NCBI GenBank assembly: GCA_965222125.1
Contig: CBDCTC010000001.1
Coordinates: 16,731-80,730, forward strand
Source of the DNA: Dehalococcoidia bacterium
GTDB taxonomy: Bacteria > Chloroflexota > Dehalococcoidia > Lucifugimonadales > CAZENU01
Direction: 5' to 3'
Length of the DNA stretch: 64,000 nt
This document shows positions 28,891-38,272 of the stretch, one piece after another (within the stretch, counting starts at the first letter, position 1; each line of letters opens with the position of its first letter). The translations under genes were made by a program, and so were the position numbers. Below the pieces are notes generated by a model. That model ran no database searches, was not told the origin of the DNA, and saw nothing but the letters and a program-made list of their open reading frames with translations.

Positions 28891-29062
28891 AAACTCGGAC
28901 GGAAACCCCGATTCTTCCCAAGGCCGTCGTTGGCTTACCGTCGACTATCGATGTAATAGTGGGTTTGTGAAACGCAATTCATAAATTTTCATGTCGTATA
29001 AGACCGTAATACGTCTGCTTTGGGTAGTGCGAAACCCAGCCAATGACTTTCCGGCCATACTT

Positions 29063-30151
29063 CTAGGGCCGCTTTGCGACTGCGCCGTCGGGGGCGATGC
29101 TCTCGACGCCCCGGTGGGCGTCGGTGAACGCGATCACCTTGACGGTGGCGTCGATGCGCTGCCCGGGCTCGACGTTCAGCGCGGTGCCGTTCTCGATAGC
29201 GCTGCCCAGCCCTTCGTTGGCGAAGCTGGTGAAGGGCTCCAGGCCCACGTTGTACGTCCGCCCGTACCACGGGTAGCCGTACCCGCCGCCGAGCGACTGC
29301 CAGTACCAGAGAAACTTGAACACGTCCTTCGGGAAGACGACCCCGAGACCGACTCCGGTGCTCAGGTTGGTCAGACCGTACCAGCCCTCCGGCATGTCGG
29401 TGATGTAGGACATGTCGTAGGCCTCTATGCTGGGCGGCGGTACCTTGCTCAGGTCGATACGGTTGCCGTCCTTGTCCTCGGTCCACGGCCAGCGGCCACG
29501 GAAGTCCGGCTTCAGGCGCGCGTTGGTGTCCCCAATATCCGGGTGGTTGAGCAGCGTGCCGCCGGGCAGGTCGATGATGCTGTCGCCGCTGAGAGTCGGG
29601 GCGCCGATGGCGATGTGCTCGCCCCAGACGCACGGGACGGTCTCGCGGCCCTCGTTCACGAGAAATTCGTCCACCTCTAACATCGGCGAGCCGGACTTCA
29701 GAGTCAGCGTCTTCTCGAAGTAGAAGGGAAGACGGACGGTGCGGATCGAGCAGCGGATGCTCACCTTGTCCGGAGCGTCGTCGACGATCCGGCAGTCCCA
29801 CGGCGCCATGCTGGCCTCGGCGTGCAGGCCAAGGTCGGCGCCCCCGTAGGCGGACGGAAAGCCGCCGGCGGGGAATACCGTCTGCCACCCGCCCTCGTAG
29901 AAGTCCATCCACAGGCCCAGCGGCGACCCGGTCGTGGGGACGAACTTCGATGGGTCGCGCACCCCCCAGGGCGAGCGCCAGAGAAAGTCGACGTCGGTCG
30001 GCTTGTGGACCAGCTCGAGGATGTCGGCGCCCTTGTCGGCGAGCACTACGACGCGCAGCAGCTCGTTCTCCATCACCACGGTCTTCAGCCCGCGGTAGGT
30101 CCACGCGTCGGAGACGCGGCACCCGTGGTTGCGTTCGTTCTGATAGTGCAT
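29063..30151 (-). CDS. Aldose-1-epimerase/DUF4432-like (galactose mutarotase fold) protein
   Basis: MENELLRVVVLADKGADI, YEGGWQTVFP, GLHAE, WGEHIA, VGLEPFTS. Confidence 0.75.
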   Translation of the reverse strand: MHYQNERNHGCRVSDAWTYRGLKTVVMENELLRVVVLADKGADILELVHKPTDVDFLWRSPWGVRDPSKFVPTTGSPLGLWMDFYEGGWQTVFPAGGFPSAYGGADLGLHAEASMAPWDCRIVDDAPDKVSIRCSIRTVRLPFYFEKTLTLKSGSPMLEVDEFLVNEGRETVPCVWGEHIAIGAPTLSGDSIIDLPGGTLLNHPDIGDTNARLKPDFRGRWPWTEDKDGNRIDLSKVPPPSIEAYDMSYITDMPEGWYGLTNLSTGVGLGVVFPKDVFKFLWYWQSLGGGYGYPWYGRTYNVGLEPFTSFANEGLGSAIENGTALNVEPGQRIDATVKVIAFTDAHRGVESIAPDGAVAKRP

Positions 30152-30174
30152 CGGCGGCCCTCCCCGCGCTTGCG

Positions 30175-30984
30175 TCAGTGCTCGGCGCCGGCCCCGCCTG
30201 CCCATGCGCCGACGGCCATGTAGCCGCCGTCGACGCAGATGTACTCGCCTGTCATGAACGAGGCCTTTTCGCTGGCGAGGAACAGCACGACGTTGGCGAT
30301 GTCCTGGCCGGTGCCGACCCGCCCGATGGGATGCGATCGACCCCACTCCTGAACAGTCGCATCGATGTCCCCACCCTCCACGGCGGCGGCGGTGCGCACC
30401 ATGTTGGTGTCTATGGTGCCGGGGCATACCGCGAGCACGCGGATGTTCTCCTCCGCGTAGTCCAGGGCCATCTGCCTGGTCAGAGACAGGATGCCGCCCT
30501 TGCTGGCGGCGTAGGCGGGCACCAGCTTCATCGACTGCAGGCCCTGGACGCTGGCGGTGTTGACGATCACGCCGCCGCCCTTCTTTCTGATCTCAGGAAT
30601 CGCGTACTTGGACATCAGAAACGCGCTCTTGAGGTTGACGTCCAGGATGCGGTCCCACAGCTCCTCGGACGTGTTCTCGATGTTGTGGTACGAGTCCGGG
30701 CTCTGGATGCCGACGTTGTTGAACAGGATGTCAACGCCGCCGTAGGCCGCCACCGTCTCCGCGACGACGCGCTTGCACTCGGTCGCGCGGCCGACGTCCG
30801 CCTCGACCAGGATGCACTCGCCGCCGTCGGCCTCAATCCGCGATACGGCCGCCTGGCCGGCCTCCTCGTTGACGTCGGCTATGACGACCCGGGCGCCCTC
30901 GAGGGCGAACTCGGCGGCCGTGGCCGAGCCGATGCCGAGCGCGCCGCCGGTAATGATCACTGTCTTGCCGTCGAAGGTGCCCAT
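30175..30984 (-). CDS. Short-chain dehydrogenase/reductase
   Basis: TGGALGIG, DILFNNVG, NTASVQG, YAASK, AVCPGTIDT. Confidence 0.92.
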   Translation of the reverse strand: MGTFDGKTVIITGGALGIGSATAAEFALEGARVVIADVNEEAGQAAVSRIEADGGECILVEADVGRATECKRVVAETVAAYGGVDILFNNVGIQSPDSYHNIENTSEELWDRILDVNLKSAFLMSKYAIPEIRKKGGGVIVNTASVQGLQSMKLVPAYAASKGGILSLTRQMALDYAEENIRVLAVCPGTIDTNMVRTAAAVEGGDIDATVQEWGRSHPIGRVGTGQDIANVVLFLASEKASFMTGEYICVDGGYMAVGAWAGGAGAEH

Positions 30985-31133
30985 CGGTCTTCTCCCCTCA
31001 GCGTCGAAGGTAGGAGGTGTGTCGAAGTGGGGCCAGTATATTTGCGGCCCCATGGAGCGTCAACCGGCGGAGGCGATGCGATCACGGCGTGGCGAAGGGC
31101 TGAGGACAGCTAAGTTGGTACACTGCGGGCGCT

Positions 31134-31387
31134 GTGCTGAAAGCAGTCATCTTTGACTTGTACGAGACGCTGATAACCCAGTTCGACCCCAACTGGAAGC
31201 CGCCGAAGATGTCCCTGGCGGACCGGCTGGGCATCGAGGAGGAGGCCTTCCGGCGCCACTGGGGACCGCTGGCCACCAATTGGCGTAAGGGCCCGCCCCT
31301 ACCGGTACGAGGAGGTGCTCGAGGCGGTATGCAAGTCCGCCGGCCGTGCGCCGGACCGACGGGCGATCGCCGAGCTTGCCGCGCGCT
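31134..31387 (+). pseudogene. HAD-family hydrolase, N-terminal part (frameshift near 31295; cut by insertion)
   Basis: MLKAVIFDLYETL (motif I), then +1 frame YEEVLEAVCK...IAELAAR ending at CGCT 31384-31387. Confidence 0.8.
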
Positions 31388-31469
31388 TCCCCTCGATCCG
31401 GCCCGCCTCGTAGGCCTCGCAGGTCGCGCAGATCGGCCGCGGGCAGCCCGCCGGGTCGTGCTCCGTCAT
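31388..31469 (-). pseudogene. Small Cys-containing element gene truncated at the left junction
   Basis: MTEHDPAGCPRPICATCEAYEAGRIEGK; ATG overlaps the TGA of the upstream ORF (ATGA). Confidence 0.45.
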
Positions 31470-31618
31470 CGGCCCGCCGCGGCCAAGGCTCGGGCCTTGC
31501 GGTCACGCCTCGACGCACGCACGCGGCAGCGGCTCGAGCACGTCCGACGCGACCGGCGAACGTGCGTCATGTAATGGCCGCAGTATGCGCAGCGCAGCTG
31601 TGGTTTCGCTGTGTCCAT
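31466..31618 (-). CDS. Small Cys-rich (zinc-binding-like) basic protein
   Basis: MDTAKPQLRCAYCGHYMTHVRRSRRTCSSRCRVRASR (CxxC...CSxxC). Confidence 0.55.
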   Translation of the reverse strand: MDTAKPQLRCAYCGHYMTHVRRSRRTCSSRCRVRASRRDRKARALAAAGR

Positions 31619-31929
31619 GCGTCTTAGTGTATCACAGTCGGCGCGTTTAGACCGGGGGGTAGGGTGATTTGTGAACGGGGGATTGTTGTCGACCATGTGG
31701 CCTTGTGCACGCGCATTTTCCGGCCAGAAAACTTGGGGCGGTCGCCTTCGACGTAGGCGTCTCGCAGTGGCTTGCGCTTACAGCGGTCGGTCTGTACGCT
31801 CCCCAATGTCACAGCAACCCAATTGCCGGTTTCGGATGGGAGCGTCATGTTCCCTCGTTGATGGTTGCCGGGCTGGGTTGCTGTGACAAGCTGACCATCC
31901 CAAATCTGTCAACGAGGGAACACCAACCA

Positions 31930-33171
31930 ATGGCACGTATCACGCTCATACTCGGATTGCTTGTCGGGCTTGCTATCCTGGCACTGGCTGGTTGCGCTGG
32001 CCCGCAAGGCGACGCCGGGCCGCAGGGTCAACCGGGTCCGCAGGGCGAACTAGGGCCGCAGGGCGACGCAGGGCCGCAGGGTCAACCAGGGCCGCAGGGC
32101 GACGCAGGGCCGCAGGGTCAACCAGGGCCGCAGGGCGACGCAGGCCCGCAGGGCCAACCAGGGCCGCAGGGCGACGCAGGCCCGCAGGGCCAACCAGGGC
32201 CGCAGGGCGACGCAGGGCCACAGGGCCAACCAGGGCCGCAGGGCGACGCAGGGCCACAGGGCGACGCCGGGCCGCAGGGTCAACCAGGGCCGCGGGGCGA
32301 AGTAGGCCCGCAAGGCGACGCCGGGCCGCAGGGCGAACCAGGCCCTACACCCACGCCGTACCCGACACCTGCGCCGCTGCCCACGGCGACACCTGCGCCG
32401 CTGCCCACGGCAACACCTGCGCCGCTGCCCACGGCAACACCTGCGCCGCTGCCCAGTTCGTGGAACGACCTTCACGACAGGCTACGGTTGGCCGGAACTG
32501 TAGTGGAAGTTTGCGCTAGCGGGAGCCTCTTTGCGGGATGCGGCACAGGATGGGTTTATGAAGAGGGATGGGTAATCACCGCCGCGCACGTGCTGGCCGG
32601 AGCACCATCTGCTCAAGTCGAAGTCCACATTAGCAGTCCTTCAGGGGGTCAGTGTAGCGGCAGCAGTTGCGAACGCGGTAGCCTCAACTGGTACAAGAGC
32701 TATGCCGCTCAATACATGGGCTCGGACAAGTACCGCGACATAGCAGCGGTCAAGTTGTTTGATACCGGCGGCTTACACCCTGCGCCGCTGCCCAGGCGGG
32801 ATATCGACTCTTTGGGAGCGGACGAAAAGCTTGTGCTCATAGGTCAGAGCGGAGGGCTGCCAGCTGAAGCGAAGGTCGGCGTGCTCTCTATTGTGCGGAC
32901 GATTGCCCACGCTGAAGAAGAGGTGCACGGAGCAATAACGGTCATTGAGCTTGCCATTAACACCGTTGCGGGTGACTCAGGCGGGGCCTACGTTGACAAG
33001 TACGGGAGTGTCGTGGGAATCGTACAGGGCCGTTTGCCAGGCGTTAGGAACCCCGGTAGGTCCGTAGGGTTGCCGATATCGGAGATAGAAAAGGTCTGGG
33101 AACGGCTGAAGGCCGGGGAGCAGCTGAACGACGACCTAAAGCACTGGATGCACTATGAGTTTGACCAATGA
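31930..33171 (+). CDS. Lipoprotein: collagen-like stalk, Pro/Thr linker and trypsin-like (S1) serine protease
   Basis: Lipobox LAGC; 39 uninterrupted Gly-X-Y triplets; (TPAPLPTA)n; catalytic triad ITAAHV / YRDIAAV / GDSGG. Confidence 0.88.
   Translation: MARITLILGLLVGLAILALAGCAGPQGDAGPQGQPGPQGELGPQGDAGPQGQPGPQGDAGPQGQPGPQGDAGPQGQPGPQGDAGPQGQPGPQGDAGPQGQPGPQGDAGPQGDAGPQGQPGPRGEVGPQGDAGPQGEPGPTPTPYPTPAPLPTATPAPLPTATPAPLPTATPAPLPSSWNDLHDRLRLAGTVVEVCASGSLFAGCGTGWVYEEGWVITAAHVLAGAPSAQVEVHISSPSGGQCSGSSCERGSLNWYKSYAAQYMGSDKYRDIAAVKLFDTGGLHPAPLPRRDIDSLGADEKLVLIGQSGGLPAEAKVGVLSIVRTIAHAEEEVHGAITVIELAINTVAGDSGGAYVDKYGSVVGIVQGRLPGVRNPGRSVGLPISEIEKVWERLKAGEQLNDDLKHWMHYEFDQ
31999..32457 (+). repeat. Coding tandem repeats: 36-bp collagen unit (31999-32349) and 24-bp PAPLPTAT unit (~32366-32457)
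   Basis: GGGCCGCAGGGCGACGCAGGGCCGCAGGGTCAACCA and variants; CACCTGCGCCGCTGCCCACGGC(G/A)A repeats. Confidence 0.92.
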
Positions 33172-33424
33172 CTACGACCGCCTTAGCTAAGGAGCGAGCT
33201 AAGTAACTTTCTTCGGGGGTAGCCATTCGGTCTAGGCCGGATTCGGAGCGATCCCAAATTCAGCCAGGCCCAGGTCGTCGTCGTCGATCTTGAGGCCGTT
33301 GAGGTAGTCCAGGCCGACCAGGGCGGCTGGGCCAGCCATGTTGTTCTTGCCTGGGCCGTCTGGCGGCCAGCGGAGGGTCTTGCGGGGGAAGCTGGCGGGC
33401 CGCCCCACGCGGCCCCGCCCGCTT

Positions 33425-33457
33425 CCCCCCCCCTACCTTGTAGGGTAGGGGTAGGGG
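33425..33457. other. C-run/hairpin and TAGGG repeats downstream of the Rep-like gene (candidate origin element)
   Basis: CCCCTACC-TTGTAG-GGTAGGGG inverted repeat and three TAGGG units. Confidence 0.35.
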
Positions 33458-33496
33458 AGCCCGATTCCGTATCTACAGACGGCCGAAACGGCGCAG

Positions 33497-34883
33497 CTAA
33501 TCTAGTCCTGGGGGGAGAATCCGGTAACCGTCCGGCGTGTGGTCGATCACCACGTCGCCCGCGTCGGCCAGCGCTCCGAGATGGCCCGGCGCGCGTTCGC
33601 GCGCATCCTTCCGCGCCGGGCCGCCTGAGAGCGGATAGAACAGGTCGGCCAGCGCGTCGGGGTCGTACACGCGGTACCGCGCCGGATCGGGGTTGCGCAG
33701 CCAAACGCGACCACGCTTCACGGGGAAGCTGGTTTGACCTGGGTTGTACCAGTCGTAGGCAAGGCCGATCAGCGCGTTGTAGGCCGCCCCAGACTGCGCG
33801 CCCCACTGCTGAAGTGAGTCCGGGATGATCGGCCCCGCGTTGCTCGCGCCGGGGGGGAGCCGTACGGAGATGGTCAAGTCCGCGTCCAGGTCGTGCGGTA
33901 TGCCCAGCACGGAGACCACGCGCCACATGACGCGCCCGTGACCCTCGTCGACGGGGAAACGCGCGTCCATGCCGTCCAGCGCTACGGCGGCGTCCTCCAC
34001 GTCACGGGCGATCCGGGGCGTGGAGATGGTCTTGTAGCTGGCGGGGTACAGCCGCCGCCGAATCTCGCGCAGCGACACGCGCATATCAACGCCGCCTGGG
34101 CCGCCGCGTTCCAGCTGCGGGGCCAGTAGGACGGCCTCGACGAACAGTCGCAAGGCCAACGGCGCGCCATGTCCTTGCCTGCGCGCATCGATGCCGCGTC
34201 CCAGGCCGTACAGCGCCAGCGGGAACGCGGGGCCTGTCCGGGGCCGTTCGAAGCCGGGTAGCCACAGCTGCCCGCCCGCGTCTTGGCCCTGCCGCAGACG
34301 CCGGCATGAAGAACCGGCGCGTGCGCGGATCGCCGCGGCCCGCCATCCCAAGACCGGCCGGTAGGATGCGGCCGTCCCGCTGATTCGGCGCGGCCCTAAG
34401 CTGCACACGCTGCCACGCTCGAATCAGTGGCGGAACCGGGTTCAGCGGGTAGTCGGCGGGCTGAGGGTCGGGCCTGAATTCCCGCCACAGCTGCGCAATG
34501 TCAATCAGGTTGTCGGCCACTGTCGGCCGCCGCGGCCAGCGGCAATAGGCGGCGCGCGTTGCGGTAGCGTCGACAGTGGCCGGGCTGTCCGACATTCTGT
34601 ATTTGGCCAGTACCGGCCCGACCGATGGGTTGATAGGCATCCCAAGGCCAACGAAGCCGGAAGCGGCCGATTCGGAGTAGGTGTAGCGGCCCTGTATCCA
34701 GTCAAGCAACCCCTCGAACCGCTGCCACGCTTCGGCCAGTCCGTCGGCCATCCCGTCCGCGTACAGGTCGGCGGCCAGTGTCTCCCACGTGAGAACGGCG
34801 AAATCAGGGCCGGACGCCCCGTCGTTGTCGTCCGCCCACAGCCAGCGCGACCAGGCGTCCAGGTACTCGTCCGTCAATCTCAT
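33497..34883 (-). pseudogene. Large hypothetical, putative replication-initiator-like protein with frameshift (~34285-34300)
   Basis: MRLTDEYLDAW...RILPAGLGM...FFMPASA continues in the +1 frame as GQLWLPGF...PLALY...GAPLALRLFVEAVL...AYNALIGLAYDW...GYRILPPGLD. Start coupled (ATGA) to the upstream helicase-like fragment. Function inferred from position only. Confidence 0.45.
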
Positions 34884-35143
34884 CGTGGAAATGGCCCCTG
34901 CGGCGCGTCGGCGGCCCACGTGGGCGCGGGGGTGACTGACAACACGCCGCCGTTGTCCTGGGCCAGCCATACCTTCGCGGGCTGCTGCCCGTAGTTCGTT
35001 TTCTCGCACGTCAAGACCAGGGCGTCCCGCTGATTCGGCGCGGCCTTGCCGTTCGGCGTCGGGCCTTTCTCGGTTTCGTGAGCCAGCGTCCAAACGGCGC
35101 GATGGGCCGCCAGCCAGTCCGTCGAGCCGCTGAAAGGAACGCT
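34880..35143 (-). pseudogene. 3' fragment of an AAA_25/RepA-like replicative helicase, cut at the right junction
   Basis: PFSGSTDWLAAHRAVWTL...LVLTCEKTNYG resembles the RepA-type helicase C-terminal motifs (GSxAWxxxxR; KxNYG). Confidence 0.5.
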
Positions 35144-35622
35144 GCGAGAGCAGGCTGCCCCCGTTCGAGAACGTCGAGTCTCCGATCGTCGAGCTGGTCG
35201 ACGCCCTTCGATCACGCGGGTTGAGGCTCGGCGTCGTGACGAACGCCGCGAGCGGCGACGTGGAGCCATGGTCCCGGTGCCGGCTGGCGCCGCGATTCGG
35301 TGCGTTCATCGCCTCCTACCGTGTCGGGATGCTCAAGCCCGACACGCGAATCTACGAGTGCTGCTTGGAGGCGTTGGGGGTGACTGCCGCGGAGGCGTCT
35401 TTGTTGGAGACTCCGGATACGAGGCGATGAACGAGCTGGACGGCGCCATGCGCGTCGGCCTGAGGCCGTTCTGGGCCACGTGGTTCCTGGACCGGTGGCG
35501 GCCCGGCACGCGGCGGATGCCCGGGCGAGAGCCTCCATTTCCCGCCTGCGCGCCCCACGGACCTGCTGGACGTGGTCCTCTGCGAACTGGACAACCAGTT
35601 AACCCTGGGGGTGTTTTCGTGA
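35144..35622 (+). pseudogene. HAD-family hydrolase, C-terminal part (further frameshifts near 35400 and ~35545)
   Basis: LGVVTNA (motif II), VGMLKPDTRIY (motif III), FVGDS (motif IV) in a shifted frame. Confidence 0.8.
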
Positions 35623-35903
35623 ACGGGCAAAATCGCGAATAGCGACCTGAGTTGTTATCGGCTCCGCGAATAAGGCCTGTTGCGGGCCGTGGTTGTTTGC
35701 GATAACAGGCAAAACCGATAATAGCGGCCTGGGCTATTATCGCCTCCGCGAACAAGGATTGCTACGGGCTACGCTTGTTTGCGATAATGGGCTGAAACGA
35801 TAATAACGGTCTGGGCTATTATCACCTCCGCGAACAAGGGCTGCTACGGGCTGCGCTTGTTTTCGTGAAGGGGCTTCAACGATAATAACGGTCTGGGCTA
35901 TTC
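35610..35903. repeat. Non-coding tandem array, ~3.5 copies of an 82-bp double-hairpin unit
   Basis: CTCCGCGAA at 35662, 35744, 35826 (period 82). Per unit: CGATAATAGC-N7-GCTATTATCG and GCGAACAAG-N17-CTTGTTTGC. Confidence 0.88.
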
Positions 35904-35915
35904 TCATCGCCGCTA

Positions 35916-37088
35916 ATGAGAGACAACATGGTTTCCGCGTCTGAACGAGCACGCCAGCCTCACGGTCGTATCGTGGACTGCCTCGGCGGCTACCGGGCCT
36001 ATGTTCCGGCGCCGCTCCCGCCGCCGATGACGTGGAACGCCAGCCTCACCTTCGAGTTGTCATCCGCCGACCGTGCCATCGGGAGGCTCGCGGGCGAAGG
36101 ACGGCGTTTGCCCAATCCCCACCTGCTTATCCGGCCCTTCGTGCGCAAGGAGGCGGTGCAGTCCAGCCGGATCGAGGGAACACAGGCGACCCTCGGGGAG
36201 CTGCTCGCCGACGAAGCCGGGGCCGCCGTCGAGCGAAGCCCCTCCGACCTGAGGGAGGTGGGCAACTACGTCGTCGCACTGGAGTACGGCCTGGGACGCC
36301 TGGAGTCGCTGCCCGCGTCGCTGCGCCTGGTGCGCGAAATGCACGACCTCCTGATGCGGGACGTTCGGGGCGACGCGGCCGCCCCCGGGGAGTTTCGGCG
36401 CAGCCAGAACTGGATCGGGTTTCCCGGGTCGACGCTGAGCCAGGCCACTTACGTCCCGCCGCCGCCGGCGGAGCTCATGGGCTGTCTGGACGCTTGGGAG
36501 CGGTTCCTGCATGACGAGACCCTGCCGCCGCTGGTGCACGCCGCGGTCACCCATTCCCAGTTCGAGGCGATTCATCCGTTCCTCGACGGCAATGGGAGGA
36601 TTGGACGCTTGCTCATCACGCTTCTGCTGGTCCAGCGGGACATCATCCCCTCGCCGCTGCTCTATCTCAGCTCCTACTTCGAGGCCACGCGTCAGGAGTA
36701 CTACGCGCGCCTTCTCGGCGTCACGGAGCGAGGGGAATGGGAGGAGTGGCTGGCCTACTTCCTGAGAGGCGTCGCCCTGCAGGCCCGGGACGCCGTGGAC
36801 AGGATACAGCGCATGGACGATCTGCTCTCTGACTGGAGACTGCGGCTGTCCACAGGTTCGTCTAGCGCGTCCGAAAGGGTGCTCGATCTGCTTGCCGAGA
36901 ACCCCTTCTGCACGGTGCGCGGCCTGGCGGACCGGCTGGGTGTGGCGTTCACGACGGCCCAGCGCGCCATCGGCCGCCTGGAGGAGGAGGGCTTCGTCGC
37001 ACTCGTTGGGGAAGCGCGGCGCAATCGGGTATATTGCGCGCGAGCCATTCTCGACGTGCTGGAACAGCCTCTCCCCCGCGCGGGCTAG
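35916..37088 (+). CDS. Fic-family protein (Fic_N + Fic + C-terminal wHTH)
   Basis: HPFLDGNGRIGR active-site motif; N-terminal inhibitory motif SSRIEG. Confidence 0.93.
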   Translation: MRDNMVSASERARQPHGRIVDCLGGYRAYVPAPLPPPMTWNASLTFELSSADRAIGRLAGEGRRLPNPHLLIRPFVRKEAVQSSRIEGTQATLGELLADEAGAAVERSPSDLREVGNYVVALEYGLGRLESLPASLRLVREMHDLLMRDVRGDAAAPGEFRRSQNWIGFPGSTLSQATYVPPPPAELMGCLDAWERFLHDETLPPLVHAAVTHSQFEAIHPFLDGNGRIGRLLITLLLVQRDIIPSPLLYLSSYFEATRQEYYARLLGVTERGEWEEWLAYFLRGVALQARDAVDRIQRMDDLLSDWRLRLSTGSSSASERVLDLLAENPFCTVRGLADRLGVAFTTAQRAIGRLEEEGFVALVGEARRNRVYCARAILDVLEQPLPRAG

Positions 37089-37102
37089 AGCTTCGGTGAG
37101 CT

Positions 37103-38194
37103 ATGACTGAATCAGACAGAGTAGAGCCGTTCTCCACGTTCGTGGTGGGGAGCCTGCCCAGGCCGGTCTGGGTGCGGGAGCTGATCCTGGACCGCAAAGC
37201 CGGCCGCATCGGCGAGGCGTCCGCCGACCGGTTGCTCGACGCGGCAATTCCGACGGCCGTCCGCCTGCAGGAGCGCGCCGGCCTCGACTACCTGTCGGAC
37301 GGCGAGTGGCGGCGCGAGAGCTACACGAGGGTGATGTCTGAGGCGGTCGATGGCTTCCGGAACGACCTGATCCCGGTTGGCGACCCCGCGCCGCCGGACA
37401 TGGCGTACCCGGCCGTCGTTTCCGAGCTGCGGCGCAGGCGCTCGCTTGCCGCGGGCGAGGTGTCGTTTTTGCGCGGGCAGACCGACTCGAAGATAATAGT
37501 CGCGCTGCCCTCCCCGTACATCATCGGATGGCGCATGTGGAGCGCGGAGCACTCGCCCCCGGCCTACCCGACGCGGGAGGAGTTCATGGCGGCCTGCACC
37601 GAGATCATCCGCGAAGAGGTGCGGGAGCTGTCCGAGATGGGCGTCGACGCGGTCCAGATCGACGACCCCGACATGGCGATGCTGGTCGACCCGTCGTACC
37701 GGGAGCGGATGGGCATCACCGACGTCGACCGCGAGATCGAGCTGTCGATTCGGTGCGTCAACGGGGCGGCGGCCGACGCGGGCGATACCCTGGTCAGCGT
37801 CCACTTCTGTCACTCGCACTTCGACCGGCGCCACACGACCACCGGCCCCTACGACCTGATAATGGAGGCCCTGGGCGAGATGGACGTCGACCGGCTCGCG
37901 ATGGAGTTCGCCACTCCCGACGCGGGCGGCATCGACTCGCTGCGGCGGTTCCCGTCGGACAAGACGCTGGGGCTGGGTGTCGTCGACCACACCGACCGCC
38001 ACGTGGAGACGCCGGAGGAGATCGTCGAGCAGGCCTCGCGGGCGATGGAGCACGTGCCGGCCGAGCGGCTGACGCTCAACCCGGACTGCGGGTTCTCGCC
38101 CTCCAGCCTGAACCCGACCGATATCGACGAGGCCTATCTGAAGCTGAAGGCGCTGTGCGCCGGAGCGCGCATGCTGCGCGAGCGACACGGGTAA
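37103..38194 (+). CDS. Cobalamin-independent methionine synthase II-family (core MetE-like) protein
   Basis: VVGSLPRP, SDGEWRRESY, VQIDDP, Zn ligands HFC / E (MEFA) / C (NPDCGF). Confidence 0.88.
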   Translation: MTESDRVEPFSTFVVGSLPRPVWVRELILDRKAGRIGEASADRLLDAAIPTAVRLQERAGLDYLSDGEWRRESYTRVMSEAVDGFRNDLIPVGDPAPPDMAYPAVVSELRRRRSLAAGEVSFLRGQTDSKIIVALPSPYIIGWRMWSAEHSPPAYPTREEFMAACTEIIREEVRELSEMGVDAVQIDDPDMAMLVDPSYRERMGITDVDREIELSIRCVNGAAADAGDTLVSVHFCHSHFDRRHTTTGPYDLIMEALGEMDVDRLAMEFATPDAGGIDSLRRFPSDKTLGLGVVDHTDRHVETPEEIVEQASRAMEHVPAERLTLNPDCGFSPSSLNPTDIDEAYLKLKALCAGARMLRERHG

Positions 38195-38272
38195 CGGGCG
38201 CGTAGAGAATTCCGTTAAACTCAGAGTAGGATCTATGACGTTGGTGGGCAATAGGGCAAGAACCTAAGCTTA

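Larger units (their letters stand above)
31388..35143. mobile_element. 3,756-bp foreign insertion inside the HAD gene (fragment of a plasmid/satellite-like element; no transposase or integrase)
   Basis: CGCT at both junctions. Removing it gives in-frame ELAAR-CESRLPPFENVESPIVELVDALRSRGLRLGVVTNA. Both ends cut through element genes. Confidence 0.8.

Noticed and set aside
28940-29010. AT-rich patch with TTGTGAA-N6-TTCATAA (Rex/CRP-like)
   Set aside because: Spacing fits neither site and it lies between convergent genes.
35610-35903. CRISPR array or integron attC interpretation of the 82-bp repeats
   Set aside because: No constant repeat with unique spacers, no cas genes, no cassettes or intI, and hairpins too short for attC.
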